IMG/VR virus record: IMGVR_UViG_3300036770_003943
Location: 124,001 to 188,000 of that record
Length of the DNA: 64,000 nucleotides
Strand: one strand, 5' to 3'
The translations under genes were made by a program, and so were the position numbers. Shown piece by piece: positions 10,129 to 20,400 of this stretch. The stretch's first letter is position 1. The number at the start of each line of letters is the position of its first letter. The notes below the pieces were generated by a model. That model searched no databases. It had not been told where the DNA came from and was given only the letters and a program-made list of their open reading frames with translations.

Positions 10129-10413
10129 TTAGCCTTTTTTAAGCATTTCCGTGAATATAATTCGGCCAATGCTGTCTCCAAAGTTCTCGTTATTTTCAAT
10201 AACATGAAGGCTTGAACTCCAGCGATCCGTTCTTTTATCATAGATTCTAGTTTCTAAAATTTTGCCACCATTAGCATTATACAAGGTAAATCTAATGGGA
10301 TCGTTTGCGTCTTCATCTATGCCCGAGTGAGCACGTAGGGTTCCTATATGACTCGGCTTAGATTCTTCATCGTATAAAAAATTGCGTAGTCGTTGTCTAA
10401 TCCAGTTTCGCAT
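10129..10413 (-). CDS. Hypothetical protein (94 aa)
   Basis: AAAGGAA SD and a consensus sigma70 promoter upstream. Confidence 0.75.
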   Translation of the reverse strand: MRNWIRQRLRNFLYDEESKPSHIGTLRAHSGIDEDANDPIRFTLYNANGGKILETRIYDKRTDRWSSSLHVIENNENFGDSIGRIIFTEMLKKG

Positions 10414-10433
10414 AATTGTTCCTTTGCCCTACA

Positions 10434-10462
10434 ATTATACAAAATTAGTATGACATTGTCAA
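10434..10462 (-). promoter_or_regulatory. Perfect sigma70 consensus promoter
   Basis: TTGACA-17 nt-TATAAT; the -35 overlaps the TGA stop of the upstream ORF. Confidence 0.8.
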
Positions 10463-10650
10463 GACTTTTGTCTTAGCTTTTCGTTAAATTTTTTCTGTAC
10501 CACCAAGTCATAGTAAAACTTGGGCAACGGACTGTCAGTATATAAGAAACTGCGACCAGGCCTTAGATCACAGGTAAATGATCTGCCTGCCTTTAGGGCA
10601 GGAGGATTGTCTCCAAAGTCAAAGTTAAAATCAAATGTGTTTGTGCTCAT
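10459..10650 (-). CDS. Hypothetical protein (63 aa)
   Basis: ATGA overlap with the ligase stop codon. Confidence 0.55.
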   Translation of the reverse strand: MSTNTFDFNFDFGDNPPALKAGRSFTCDLRPGRSFLYTDSPLPKFYYDLVVQKKFNEKLRQKS

Positions 10651-11939
10651 AGTTTTTCGCCAGCTTCGAATCCACGAAAACGTAGGAAACGTGGAAAGCG
10701 TAAACTATAGCTACCATCTTGGTTTTGTGTAATAGCATCAGCACGAACTTCTACCAACTGGCCAAGTAGTCTATCACGATTAAGCCAATACTCATCGCGA
10801 TTGTTGTCACTAAAACCGCTACCAACATTAACGCGAATGTCTCGTCCTCCGTCTCGCCCTTCGCAGATAAAGGCTCCAAGTCGTCTTTCATTTCGTCCAG
10901 TACCTTCTTCAACATCTTTAACCTCCAATGTAACTTCAATGAATGGCTTGAGCTTAAGCCAGCTAGTGCTACGCTTACATTCGTAAGGAGCTTTGGGATC
11001 CTTAATCATAAGGCCTTCGTAGCCAAGTTCTACTGCCTGTTTATTTACTTGCTTAAATTTCTCTTGCCCTTGTTCTGTGTCCAAATCAACAGCAACATGT
11101 TCAAGTACAGCAACATTAGGTAAATGTTGTTTATTGTACTCGTACCATACTTTTAGGTGATTTGAGCGAAATGCTTGATCACTAGCCCAACGACCAGACT
11201 CAAATTTAGATAAAGGCAAACTATCAAAGAGATGCAGAACAGCGTCCTTAGCATTAACATTGTCTTTCCTATGAACTTGCTTCATCAAGTCTTGAAAGCT
11301 ACTTGACATTACTTCACCATCAAAGACCCAGGGTTCTGTCAATCCATCTGCTACTTTAGCAAACTGGTTTTTGATATGACCAAAGTTTAATAGTTCCTTG
11401 CCATTGCGGCTAAACTGGTCTACTCTGCCCTCGGGATAGACGATTGTGATTACTCTCACTCCATCTAGCTTTACTTCTAGTAATTTTTGGCCGCTTAGTT
11501 TGGCTTCATGGTCTGTGCTGTCATGTGCTAGCTGGCAACTAAACACAGGCACGGTACCTTTGACAACTTTGTTGATAGTCTTTTCGCTGACACCGCAGCG
11601 TAGGTCCTTGATAAGAATGCGACGATACCAATTGTTCCATTGGTCATTGGTACTATTGCTCATCATTTCTGTGATCATATCCCTGGCTAAATTACCAGTA
11701 ACTTGTCTAGTTACAAAGCCTGTTAGGACTAGGACAAATGTATCCCAGTCTACACCTTTGCCATCTGGACCCCAACGTTCAGGAATCTGCTTGAGTCCAA
11801 AAGTAATCGTAGAGTCCAGTGCTAGCCTACAACCTTCTAAAAATTCCTCATTGTCGCGATTAGCGTTAATAATCTCTTCTTTGTTGGTACGTAGATTATG
11901 TACTTCTAGGTCGCGAATAATTTGCCACGGCTTATTCAT
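10647..11939 (-). CDS. lig: ATP-dependent DNA ligase
   Basis: Motif I KLDGVR, FDGE, EGLMIK, WLKLKP, VGSGF, LRFPRF. Confidence 0.95.
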   Translation of the reverse strand: MNKPWQIIRDLEVHNLRTNKEEIINANRDNEEFLEGCRLALDSTITFGLKQIPERWGPDGKGVDWDTFVLVLTGFVTRQVTGNLARDMITEMMSNSTNDQWNNWYRRILIKDLRCGVSEKTINKVVKGTVPVFSCQLAHDSTDHEAKLSGQKLLEVKLDGVRVITIVYPEGRVDQFSRNGKELLNFGHIKNQFAKVADGLTEPWVFDGEVMSSSFQDLMKQVHRKDNVNAKDAVLHLFDSLPLSKFESGRWASDQAFRSNHLKVWYEYNKQHLPNVAVLEHVAVDLDTEQGQEKFKQVNKQAVELGYEGLMIKDPKAPYECKRSTSWLKLKPFIEVTLEVKDVEEGTGRNERRLGAFICEGRDGGRDIRVNVGSGFSDNNRDEYWLNRDRLLGQLVEVRADAITQNQDGSYSLRFPRFLRFRGFEAGEKL

Positions 11940-12012
11940 TAATCAATGCCCTAATAGGAAGTTGACGGAAAACAATAGTATTCACATCTGTAATCTGTAT
12001 TTACATACTACA

Positions 12013-12041
12013 AGTATATGATATTTGGTAATTTGTGTCAA
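12013..12041 (-). promoter_or_regulatory. sigma70-type promoter upstream of the ligase
   Basis: TTGACA-17 nt-TATACT; the -35 begins right after the TAA of the upstream gene. Confidence 0.75.
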
Positions 12042-12509
12042 TTAAAATGTATCACTGAGTACCTTTTGGGGTAAAAGTCCAAAAAACTGTAGTGTTTCCG
12101 CCACTTCATTGGGTAGTTCTATCCTATGTAGTTTAGCAGTAATTTTTTGCCGCTCTTTGGTTTTATCTAATATCTTTATTTGTAGATCTTTAATACTAGT
12201 AGACAGTTGCTCTAGATCTATTTCATTGGCTTGTAGATAGAATTCTTTGAGTTGAGTTATTCTCAGATTTAAATACTCTAGCTCAAAGTCTAAAGCAGTT
12301 TTTCCTATTTCTACTTGCCAAAAACTACGCAGATTTCTAAGATGATATAATGACCTTAAACAGCGACTGGTATTGCCATCAGCAATCTTATAGTCATCAG
12401 ATGGATATAGTTTTTTAGCAGTTAGATGATTATTCTCTGCTAGCTTTTCTAGATGTTCTATAAAAATGTTCAGGTTATCAAAGGTAAAGTCAGTCCCAAT
12501 CAACTGCAT
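12042..12509 (-). CDS. Hypothetical coiled-coil protein (155 aa)
   Basis: ORF track; coupled to the upstream 69-aa gene. Confidence 0.65.
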   Translation of the reverse strand: MQLIGTDFTFDNLNIFIEHLEKLAENNHLTAKKLYPSDDYKIADGNTSRCLRSLYHLRNLRSFWQVEIGKTALDFELEYLNLRITQLKEFYLQANEIDLEQLSTSIKDLQIKILDKTKERQKITAKLHRIELPNEVAETLQFFGLLPQKVLSDTF

Positions 12510-12699
12510 TCATTAACTCGTATCGTTTTTTGTGCATTTTAGTCAGCTCGTCCTTTATTTTAAGTTTTTCTTTTTTGAGTTTTTCAGCTTCAAACTCATT
12601 CCAACTTTTTTGCTTGTATAACTTTTCTAAAGTTACTTCCAACAGGGTATGACGGTGGGTCAGTGTTTTAATATGATGATCCAGTGATTCGATATTCAT
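12490..12699 (-). CDS. Small coiled-coil protein, DUF465/YdcH-like
   Basis: H..L...L.....LKKEKLKIKDEL pattern; AGGAG SD. Confidence 0.65.
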   Translation of the reverse strand: MNIESLDHHIKTLTHRHTLLEVTLEKLYKQKSWNEFEAEKLKKEKLKIKDELTKMHKKRYELMNAVDWD

Positions 12700-12724
12700 C
12701 CTAGTCTCCTGGTGATTGCCAACG

Positions 12725-12772
12725 TTGACAATTCTTATTTAAGATTATATAATAATTTCTGATTATATTCAA
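12725..12772. promoter_or_regulatory. Two overlapping divergent sigma70 promoters
   Basis: Plus: TTGACA(12725)-17-TATAAT(12748). Minus: TTGAAT(12772)-17-TATAAT(12749). They share the palindrome ATTATATAAT. Confidence 0.65.
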
Positions 12773-12809
12773 GCCTATATTTTATCAAATAAATACACTT
12801 ATAACTAAA

Positions 12810-13352
12810 ATGTCTGATGTTCTTTTACTAAATCAAGATGGTAGTCCACTTAGTATGCTGCCTCCCAGCATAATTGATTGGACATATGCTATTAAACTAT
12901 ATTATCTTAACAAAGTATCTATTGTTAAGGAATACGATGATTGGCTTATACATAGTCAACGCATCACTATGAAGGTACCTAGCATAGTAATGACCAAGCG
13001 ATATGTCAAGCCAAGACAAAGAGTTTTATTCAATCGCAAAATGGTTTATTTGAGAGACAATTATACTTGTCAATATTGTGGAGATCAATTTACAGCTAAA
13101 GATTTAACTCTCGACCACGTTAAACCACGTAGTCTTGGCGGTATCAGCAGTTGGAGCAATTTGGTTACTTGTTGTGCTACCTGTAATTGGCTTAAAGGAA
13201 CTAAGGTTATTGAGCCATTAACTAAGCCTAAAGAGCCTAACTATTGGCAAATGGTAAAAGCAAATAAAAAGCACATTCATGCCCATAGCCAGCTTAGAGA
13301 CCCAGCTTGGGCAGAATATTTAGGCTACGAACAGCGTAGAGCAAGTGCTTAA
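12810..13352 (+). CDS. HNH endonuclease (McrA-like)
   Basis: RDNYTCQYCG..LTLDHVKPRS.GG...WSNLVTCC..CN..KG. Confidence 0.92.
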   Translation: MSDVLLLNQDGSPLSMLPPSIIDWTYAIKLYYLNKVSIVKEYDDWLIHSQRITMKVPSIVMTKRYVKPRQRVLFNRKMVYLRDNYTCQYCGDQFTAKDLTLDHVKPRSLGGISSWSNLVTCCATCNWLKGTKVIEPLTKPKEPNYWQMVKANKKHIHAHSQLRDPAWAEYLGYEQRRASA

Positions 13353-13564
13353 TTAGTATAGACTAGATCAAGTCCGCCCATTTTCCCCTCGTATATTCCA
13401 TTTAAATTTCGGCTAACTAGGGTAATTTTTACACCGGAAATGGCAGCGATTAACTGCCTTTCACTGAGGCTAATTACATCAGCTTCCATTTCACGTCCGT
13501 TGTTTTCGCAGATAATCTTTACACGGTCCGGTCTACGTGGTCGATTCCAATCATTTTTGTTCAT
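13349..13564 (-). CDS. Hypothetical protein (71 aa)
   Basis: ORF converging on the HNH gene. Confidence 0.6.
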   Translation of the reverse strand: MNKNDWNRPRRPDRVKIICENNGREMEADVISLSERQLIAAISGVKITLVSRNLNGIYEGKMGGLDLVYTN

Positions 13565-13605
13565 AGTAAGTGCTCTGGGTATTAACTACTTATATTATTC
13601 TATAA

Positions 13606-13611
13606 TAAATA
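13606..13611 (+). promoter_or_regulatory. Putative late promoter (TAAATA)
   Basis: TAAATA + 5 nt + ATG at 13617, the same geometry as at 2819. Confidence 0.6.
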
Positions 13612-13616
13612 TCAGT

Positions 13617-14003
13617 ATGAGAGTATTTAAAGGCTATAGTACAGTGGATAAAACATGGGGAAACTTCAAGTTATATGATGTTGACCTAGCCAAACGTGAT
13701 TTATTAAACGAAATGTATACTCGCAAGGGAGAGCGTTTAATGAGTCCACAGTTTGGTTATATTGTGTGGGATGTGTTATTTGATCCCTTAACAGAAGATA
13801 CTATTTCAATTATACGTGACGACACTTTGAGAATAGTAACAAAAGATCCACGTTTCAACCTAGAGCAGCTAGATGTTACCGAAAATATAGATGCTAGTAC
13901 AATTACTGTAGCTCTTGTATTAAGATATGTGCCCACTGCCACAGTGACCGATCTAGTAGCAGTGTTCACTAGAGATACCGCAGTGTCGAGACTTGAAGGA
14001 TAA
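13617..14003 (+). CDS. gp25: Baseplate wedge protein gp25-like; start at MRVFKG (13617)
   Basis: TRKGERLMSPQFG.IVWD.LFDP...DPR pattern of gp25/GPW; the longer ORF in the track starts inside the opposite-strand gene. Confidence 0.85.
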   Translation: MRVFKGYSTVDKTWGNFKLYDVDLAKRDLLNEMYTRKGERLMSPQFGYIVWDVLFDPLTEDTISIIRDDTLRIVTKDPRFNLEQLDVTENIDASTITVALVLRYVPTATVTDLVAVFTRDTAVSRLEG

Positions 14004-14006
14004 GCA

Positions 14007-17000
14007 ATGCCAAAAGCTATAAGACAAGAAAATTTGTATGGTGCTGAAGATTGGACTCTAGTTTATACCAGTTTTAAAAATGCTGAGTTTACTAGCTATG
14101 ATTTCGACACCCTGCGTGACAGCATGATTAACTACATGCAGGTTAATTATCCGGAAGAATTCAATGATTATACACAAAACAGCGAGTTCATTGCCCTATT
14201 AGACCTTGTGGCTTTTGTGGGTCAAAATCTAGCTTTTCGAATGGATTTAAATGCTAGAGAAAATATTTTAGACACTGCTGAAAAACGTGAGAGTGTACTA
14301 CGTATTGCTCGTATGCTTAGTTACAAACCAAAGCGTGTTAGACCGAGCTTAGGTTTTCTTAAAGTAACTGGTATAGTTACCACAGATCAAATAATTGATA
14401 GTACAGGAGCCAATCTTGCCAACAAGTCAATCTCATGGGGAAGCGATCCTAGCGAGCTTGATTATGAAAGATTTATAACTATACTAGATGCAGCCTTAAG
14501 TAGTAATAACAAGTTTGGTATGCCAGTTAAACGTAATCAAAACACTGCTAACAATACAATCTATGAAATTTACAATTTTAATAATGCGCTAGGGTTAACT
14601 AACTATCCGATTAATGCCACAGTAGATGGTGTGAATTTAAATTTTGATATTCTCCCAGTAACATTAGATACTAACAATTTACTCAGCCAGGCTGATCCTA
14701 GTTTTGATACAGCTTTTAGTTTAATGTATCGAAATGATGGCAAAGGAGTAGGCAGCACTAAAACCGGATTTTTCTTTTTAGCTAAACAAGGTTACATAGC
14801 TAACACTATTGAATCAGTTAGCAATCCAGTTGCTAATATGAGCATAGATATTGGTCAAAGTCAAAACATCAGTGAAGAAGATTTTTTTGTTCAAACATTA
14901 GATGACAACGGTTCAGTAGTAAAAACTTGGAAACGAGTGGGCACATTGGATTTTAGTAATATTGTAGTAAATGAATATAGTGGAGTTGATAAAGATGTAT
15001 ATGAAGTAATTTATAGCGATAACGATGTTACTAGCATTAAATTTGGTGATGGTACGTTTACTAACTTGCCTACAGGTAATATAAGAATTTGGTATCGTAC
15101 AGCAGAAAATAGAGTAATTAAAGTCAAAGCAGGTGAAGTAAGCAATATTAATTTTGATTTAAATTATTTTAACTCTGATAATCAAATTCAAACTCTAACA
15201 CTTACACTTGAACTACAAGATAACATGGTTACTGGTATACCTGCAGAAACAGTAGATGAAATAAAAATTAATGCACCTGAAGCATTTTATAGTAAAAATC
15301 GAATGGTTACCGGTGATGACTACAATGGTTTCTTGCCCAGCCTTAACAATGATGTTTTAATAATGAAGGCAGAAAATAGAACATTTAGTGGCCACAGTCG
15401 TTATGTAGATCTCAAGGATCCAACTGGAAAGAGTAGACCCTTAGTTGAATTCGCCGACGATGGATATTTATATAAGCAAGAATCATTAAAAAATATCTTT
15501 ATCGCCGACGATCCCACTCGACGTACTATAGATTTGCTAGACGAATACATAGAAAAACAACTTGGAGATTTAGGGCTGTTAAATTTCTATTACGGAAGAC
15601 TTAATTTAACAGGAATTACTGGAACAACTGCTCAAAAATATTTCGATGGTGTACCATTGGGTAAAACAATTTATTATAGCCCCACTGTCGCTAGTATCCT
15701 AGCGACAGGATCGGTCAGCAGTATTACGGTTAGTAGTATTAACACCAGCGCTGCCTACGATAATTTTGATGTAGACGGGGGACTTTTACAAATAGACAAC
15801 GAGTTGTTTAGCTACACTGGAATATCAGGTAGTACATTTACTGGGGTTACTAGAGCTCGTCAAGGAACTGCTGCAGCCGCTCATACAGCCGGTGCAAATG
15901 TTTATAAGGTCTATGATTATCGTTGGAGAGCAGCTTATTCGGATTTAACTACAAGCAATGGCTTTATCAGTGAAAGCAATATCAGCGCCGCACCACAAAA
16001 ATTAGGATTTACCACAGGCGGCCCATTGAGGTCATTGCGTCCTGGCAGCTTAGTTAAGTTTGAAGAATCGGATGGAGATCTTAAATGGGTAACTATTGTT
16101 GACATCAAAGGTGACGGGTTAGGTATAGAAAATACCAGTGATATCTACACCGGATTATTGATTGATGGTAGCGGTCCAGTTGAAATAAACAAACGAGTAA
16201 CCAGTCAAGACTTATTGAAATTTATTATACCTCCGTTTCCAAGAGTTTTTGATGATTTAACAAGGGCAGCTATTATAGATAAACTAGATTCAAATCAAAG
16301 TTTTGCCTTAAAGCTAGATAATATTACTCCTAAATGGGATATAATTACTACATCGGTTAGCTTAACCAGCGAATTTAATCGCAGCAGTAATAGCACAGCA
16401 TGGTTGATTTATGTTAAAAGAGAAACCAATGGCTGGACATTAACTTTTAGACAATTAGACTATATTTTTGGTAGCTTAGAGTTGATGCGATTTTATAATA
16501 TTAACTTTGCGCCTAGCTTTAATCCTAATTTTAAGTCAGTAAGCAAAGATGATATTGTAGTTCTTACACTTAATTCAAGCAATAAATTGACAGAACAAAA
16601 GAGATACAGAATTAGTGGCTATTATGTCTATGACGACGGGTATACTGACAATAGTAAAGTTAAAGTTACTCCATTAGATTTAGACAACGATTTTTTGCCT
16701 GACGATCCCGATCATTTTAACGAAATAGTAGGCACTAGTAGCTATATTCTACTAAACAGTTACCAAGAAGGCGATTTTACCTACAAGGTACCAGCAGCTG
16801 GAACTAGTAGTGATTTACCAGGAACTTTGAATCTTGCCTTTAAATGGGAGCATAATGTTGACATTGATCAAACACTTAATCCTAGCCTAACTAATATAAT
16901 TGATGTTTATGTACTAACAAAAAGTTACAATGAAGATTTTATGTCATGGAAGCGTCGCAATGATACCACTGTACAACAACCTTTGCCCGAAACAAGTGAA

Positions 17001-17450
17001 GAGTTGAGGTCTAGTTTTAATAACTTAATTAGTTATAAAATGATGACTGATGAAATCATTTTTCATCCAATCAAATTTAAACCGTTGTTTGGTTCGTTAG
17101 CCGAGCCCGAATTTCAAGCTCAATTTAAAGTTGTTAAAAGTTTTAAGAGTACTTTAACTGATAGTGAAATTAAAAGCAAGGTGATAAATGCCATCGATAC
17201 ATTTTTTACTCCCGGTAATTTTAGCTTCGGAGAAACATTTTATTTTACTGAACTAGCAGCCTATATTCATACTAGTTTAAGTAGAGATTTGAGCAGTGTG
17301 GTTATTGTTCCTACTAGCGAAACTAGTAAATTTGGAACACTGTTTCAGATCGAAAGCAGTCGCAATGAAATAGTAACTAGTGTAGCTTCGGTAAATGATG
17401 TAATAGTTATAAACGAAATAACTGACAATAACATTAGGATTGGACGATGA
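14007..17450 (+). CDS. gp6: Baseplate wedge protein gp6-like
   Basis: YDFDTLR...YPEEFND..SEFIALLD..A...L.FR.DLNARENILDTAE.RESV..IA.ML.Y.P, later KFGDG and RMVT..DY. Confidence 0.85.
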   Translation: MPKAIRQENLYGAEDWTLVYTSFKNAEFTSYDFDTLRDSMINYMQVNYPEEFNDYTQNSEFIALLDLVAFVGQNLAFRMDLNARENILDTAEKRESVLRIARMLSYKPKRVRPSLGFLKVTGIVTTDQIIDSTGANLANKSISWGSDPSELDYERFITILDAALSSNNKFGMPVKRNQNTANNTIYEIYNFNNALGLTNYPINATVDGVNLNFDILPVTLDTNNLLSQADPSFDTAFSLMYRNDGKGVGSTKTGFFFLAKQGYIANTIESVSNPVANMSIDIGQSQNISEEDFFVQTLDDNGSVVKTWKRVGTLDFSNIVVNEYSGVDKDVYEVIYSDNDVTSIKFGDGTFTNLPTGNIRIWYRTAENRVIKVKAGEVSNINFDLNYFNSDNQIQTLTLTLELQDNMVTGIPAETVDEIKINAPEAFYSKNRMVTGDDYNGFLPSLNNDVLIMKAENRTFSGHSRYVDLKDPTGKSRPLVEFADDGYLYKQESLKNIFIADDPTRRTIDLLDEYIEKQLGDLGLLNFYYGRLNLTGITGTTAQKYFDGVPLGKTIYYSPTVASILATGSVSSITVSSINTSAAYDNFDVDGGLLQIDNELFSYTGISGSTFTGVTRARQGTAAAAHTAGANVYKVYDYRWRAAYSDLTTSNGFISESNISAAPQKLGFTTGGPLRSLRPGSLVKFEESDGDLKWVTIVDIKGDGLGIENTSDIYTGLLIDGSGPVEINKRVTSQDLLKFIIPPFPRVFDDLTRAAIIDKLDSNQSFALKLDNITPKWDIITTSVSLTSEFNRSSNSTAWLIYVKRETNGWTLTFRQLDYIFGSLELMRFYNINFAPSFNPNFKSVSKDDIVVLTLNSSNKLTEQKRYRISGYYVYDDGYTDNSKVKVTPLDLDNDFLPDDPDHFNEIVGTSSYILLNSYQEGDFTYKVPAAGTSSDLPGTLNLAFKWEHNVDIDQTLNPSLTNIIDVYVLTKSYNEDFMSWKRRNDTTVQQPLPETSEELRSSFNNLISYKMMTDEIIFHPIKFKPLFGSLAEPEFQAQFKVVKSFKSTLTDSEIKSKVINAIDTFFTPGNFSFGETFYFTELAAYIHTSLSRDLSSVVIVPTSETSKFGTLFQIESSRNEIVTSVASVNDVIVINEITDNNIRIGR

Positions 17451-20400
17451 GTCGACAAGTTAGAAAACCCGCAGAGCAGCAGGCTACTAAAGTAAAAAAT
17501 ATTAACCTGCTGCCCGCAGTACTAGCCACTGACCCGAATAAAAAGATGCTGGACAGTACGGTTGATCTAATGACCAGTAAAGGCCAGTTAATTCCTTTTA
17601 GAGAAACTTTTGGATTACGCACAGCTAGTAACAAAACAACTGAATTTTTTAGACAAGAAACAGATCCAGTAAGAAAAGAAAGCACAGGTAACATCAGCTT
17701 GATTAGTAAATCCAGTACAGATGAGTACCTAGGAAAAGCAAGTTACCTAGACATTGAAAACTACCTTCGTGTAAAAGGTTGCGAACTAACCGACGGAGTA
17801 TTACTAGATAAGAATATTAATGTTTTAGATTTGCCAATTAATTCCAGTAAACTTACTGATTACCATTTTTACTATTGGGTACCAAATACCTTGCCCTACT
17901 GTAGATTACACTTTACGGAAGCTAGCGGAGGAGGCAATAAATTTAGTATTATCAATGACTTATTATATAAACCTTTTGCAACAATTGTCGACGATTTAAC
18001 TGGTAGACCACTAACCTTACATACCGGTATGGTTGTGTATTTTACTGGATTCATTGATACTGCTTATAAAACAACAGACTTAGATAATCCTTTACTGTAT
18101 TATGTAATTGGAGTGGGAGAATCTATTAATCTTATAGCAGTTTCTAGTTTCGATCGTCGTATACCTTATGCCTATAAAGTAAAAAGAAATTGGGACAGTG
18201 ATGATAGTTTAAATTTCCCTCCGCCAATCAATTGGGACAGTGAAGTATGGGACGGCAGTGAAATTATAGCCGGAGAGCCTGAATACATTGTACAAGATAG
18301 ATATAGCTCTAATGCTAATCATTGGCAAATGACTGATAATTGGTATCATATTAGTGTAATTAGAACAGTGGCAACATTTTTGAATATTAGCGCAGGCGAG
18401 ATAGCTAAAGCACAATATAAAGCGACTCGCCCAATTATTAGTTTTTTTAGAGGCACTAAACTATATAATTGGCCTAACACGCAAATTTCAGAAGTTAAAA
18501 GTCTATTACCAGGTCAACTCAGTGACTATACTGGTCAAGTTAATCTACAAGATCAATACGGATATACCTTTGTTAATAATGATAGAGTAGTGTTTGAAAA
18601 TACATCTGGTGTATATGCTATTAGTAATGTATCAACTGGGGCAACATTTACACTAATAGTTAACAGTTCAAATCTCGACGGAGTGTTAGTTACAGCAAAC
18701 AGTTCAATTCAATTTTATCGTTGTATCTACAAAAACAGTAAGTGGATATTTGCTCAAAACAAACTAAGTAAAAACCAAACTCCTCTGTATGAATTTTATG
18801 TAAGTGATGGAACACATCTGGAGTCATTTAATGAAACAAACTATCGCGGCGGCATAATTTTAGGCTACAAAGAAGGATCAGTAACTGACACAGTACTAGA
18901 CATAGATATTGAAATAAGTAGCATTGATTTTGATTTAATTGATGAAACCAACAGTAGCGCAATAAGTCCTAATCAAATAAAGTTTATAACTGATATTGAC
19001 AAAGAGTTTCATTATTACGATAGTGTCTCTGGAGAAAAGCTGGCTATTGTTGGTCCGTATGGTTACCGTTATAATTCAAGAATAGTTCCTTTCTATCAAC
19101 CTAGAAGCGGACTAGACTTTACTAAGCAGATACAAGATTTAGTCTATGAACAAAGTGAAACTACAACATGGTCAGCTGAAATAACTCCTCCTGCTCAAGG
19201 TTTTGATAGAATACATATTTTCCATGATAGTCAAAGTAATCTTAAGTTTTATTTTGAAATACAAGGGTATGGCCTTATTAGATTTAGCAGTCGTCGAGGA
19301 GTTCATATATTTGAACAAGTTCTTCCTTTAATTTCAGGAGGTCGTGTAGAAATTGTTTGTCATGACTTGCCGTTTGCTGTTACTTTTTTCAGATCTGATT
19401 TAGTTAATAATCTAACCAGACCTATTGCAATAGGTAGTCCATATGTTTTAAACAACGGAATAACCAATGGTGTCATTGAATTAGATCTTAGTCTAACCAT
19501 TGATCCGGGCAGCGGAAGTGTGTACAATATTATTGGCGCTGAAGATACAAGATTGTTCATTCGTTACGGTTCTAGCACTTGGAAAACAGCCATAGTTAAA
19601 AATATTAACAACTGGAATTTTATTCAAAATGTCTTTTTTAAAGATGATAGTAATCCCTTATACAATGAATATGATTTCACTATTGGAGATGTGTATGATA
19701 ACACCGGGTCTCTCAGTTATAATAGCAAAATAATTGAGGACAGTGGGATTCGTAAAAAACTAAATGACAAAGAAAAAATTTGTGTCAAAAGCATCATTGA
19801 ATATCCTATAGCAAAAACAGCACCGTTATCTCTAACAAGAAATCCATTAAATGAAAAATTAAGTACTATAAATTATTTTAGTATCTATCAACACGCAACA
19901 GATGTTAAGGCAAATAGTACAAATATTAGAAAGTATGTTGATCCGGAATTGATACTAACTACAAGTTCGCTGGGAGGTGGTACATTAATTAAACATAATG
20001 ATCCTATCAGTAAGTTTGCTATTATGACTACCAATATGCCTTTCGACTTTGGTGATGTAATTATCAAACAAGGTAAGCATTATGATTTGTTTTTAAATAA
20101 GTTAAAGTTTGAACTAGCTAATATAATTAACTCAACTACCCTTTCATCTTTATCGTCATTGGATGTTTTGAGTTTAGCTATTGCTCGAATATATCGATCA
20201 ATGACCAATAGCACAGGTTTTTGGCGACATAGTAACATGCTTGGTTGGGGAGAACAAACAGGCAATTATGTAGAACAACTTCATGTGATTAGTAGTTCTA
20301 GTAGAACCTGTTACTTATGGGATAAGTTGCTACCCATTCCTCACAGAGCAGGAAAAGAGTTACTAACTCATATTATATATGACAATAAGATTTTACTCAG

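Noticed and set aside
12810-13352. HNH gene as part of a self-splicing intron
   Set aside because: Free-standing with its own promoters; the flanking genes are intact and on the opposite strand.
13440-13616. N-terminal extension of gp25 given in the ORF track
   Set aside because: It overlaps an opposite-strand gene; similarity and the TAAATA motif point to ATG 13617.
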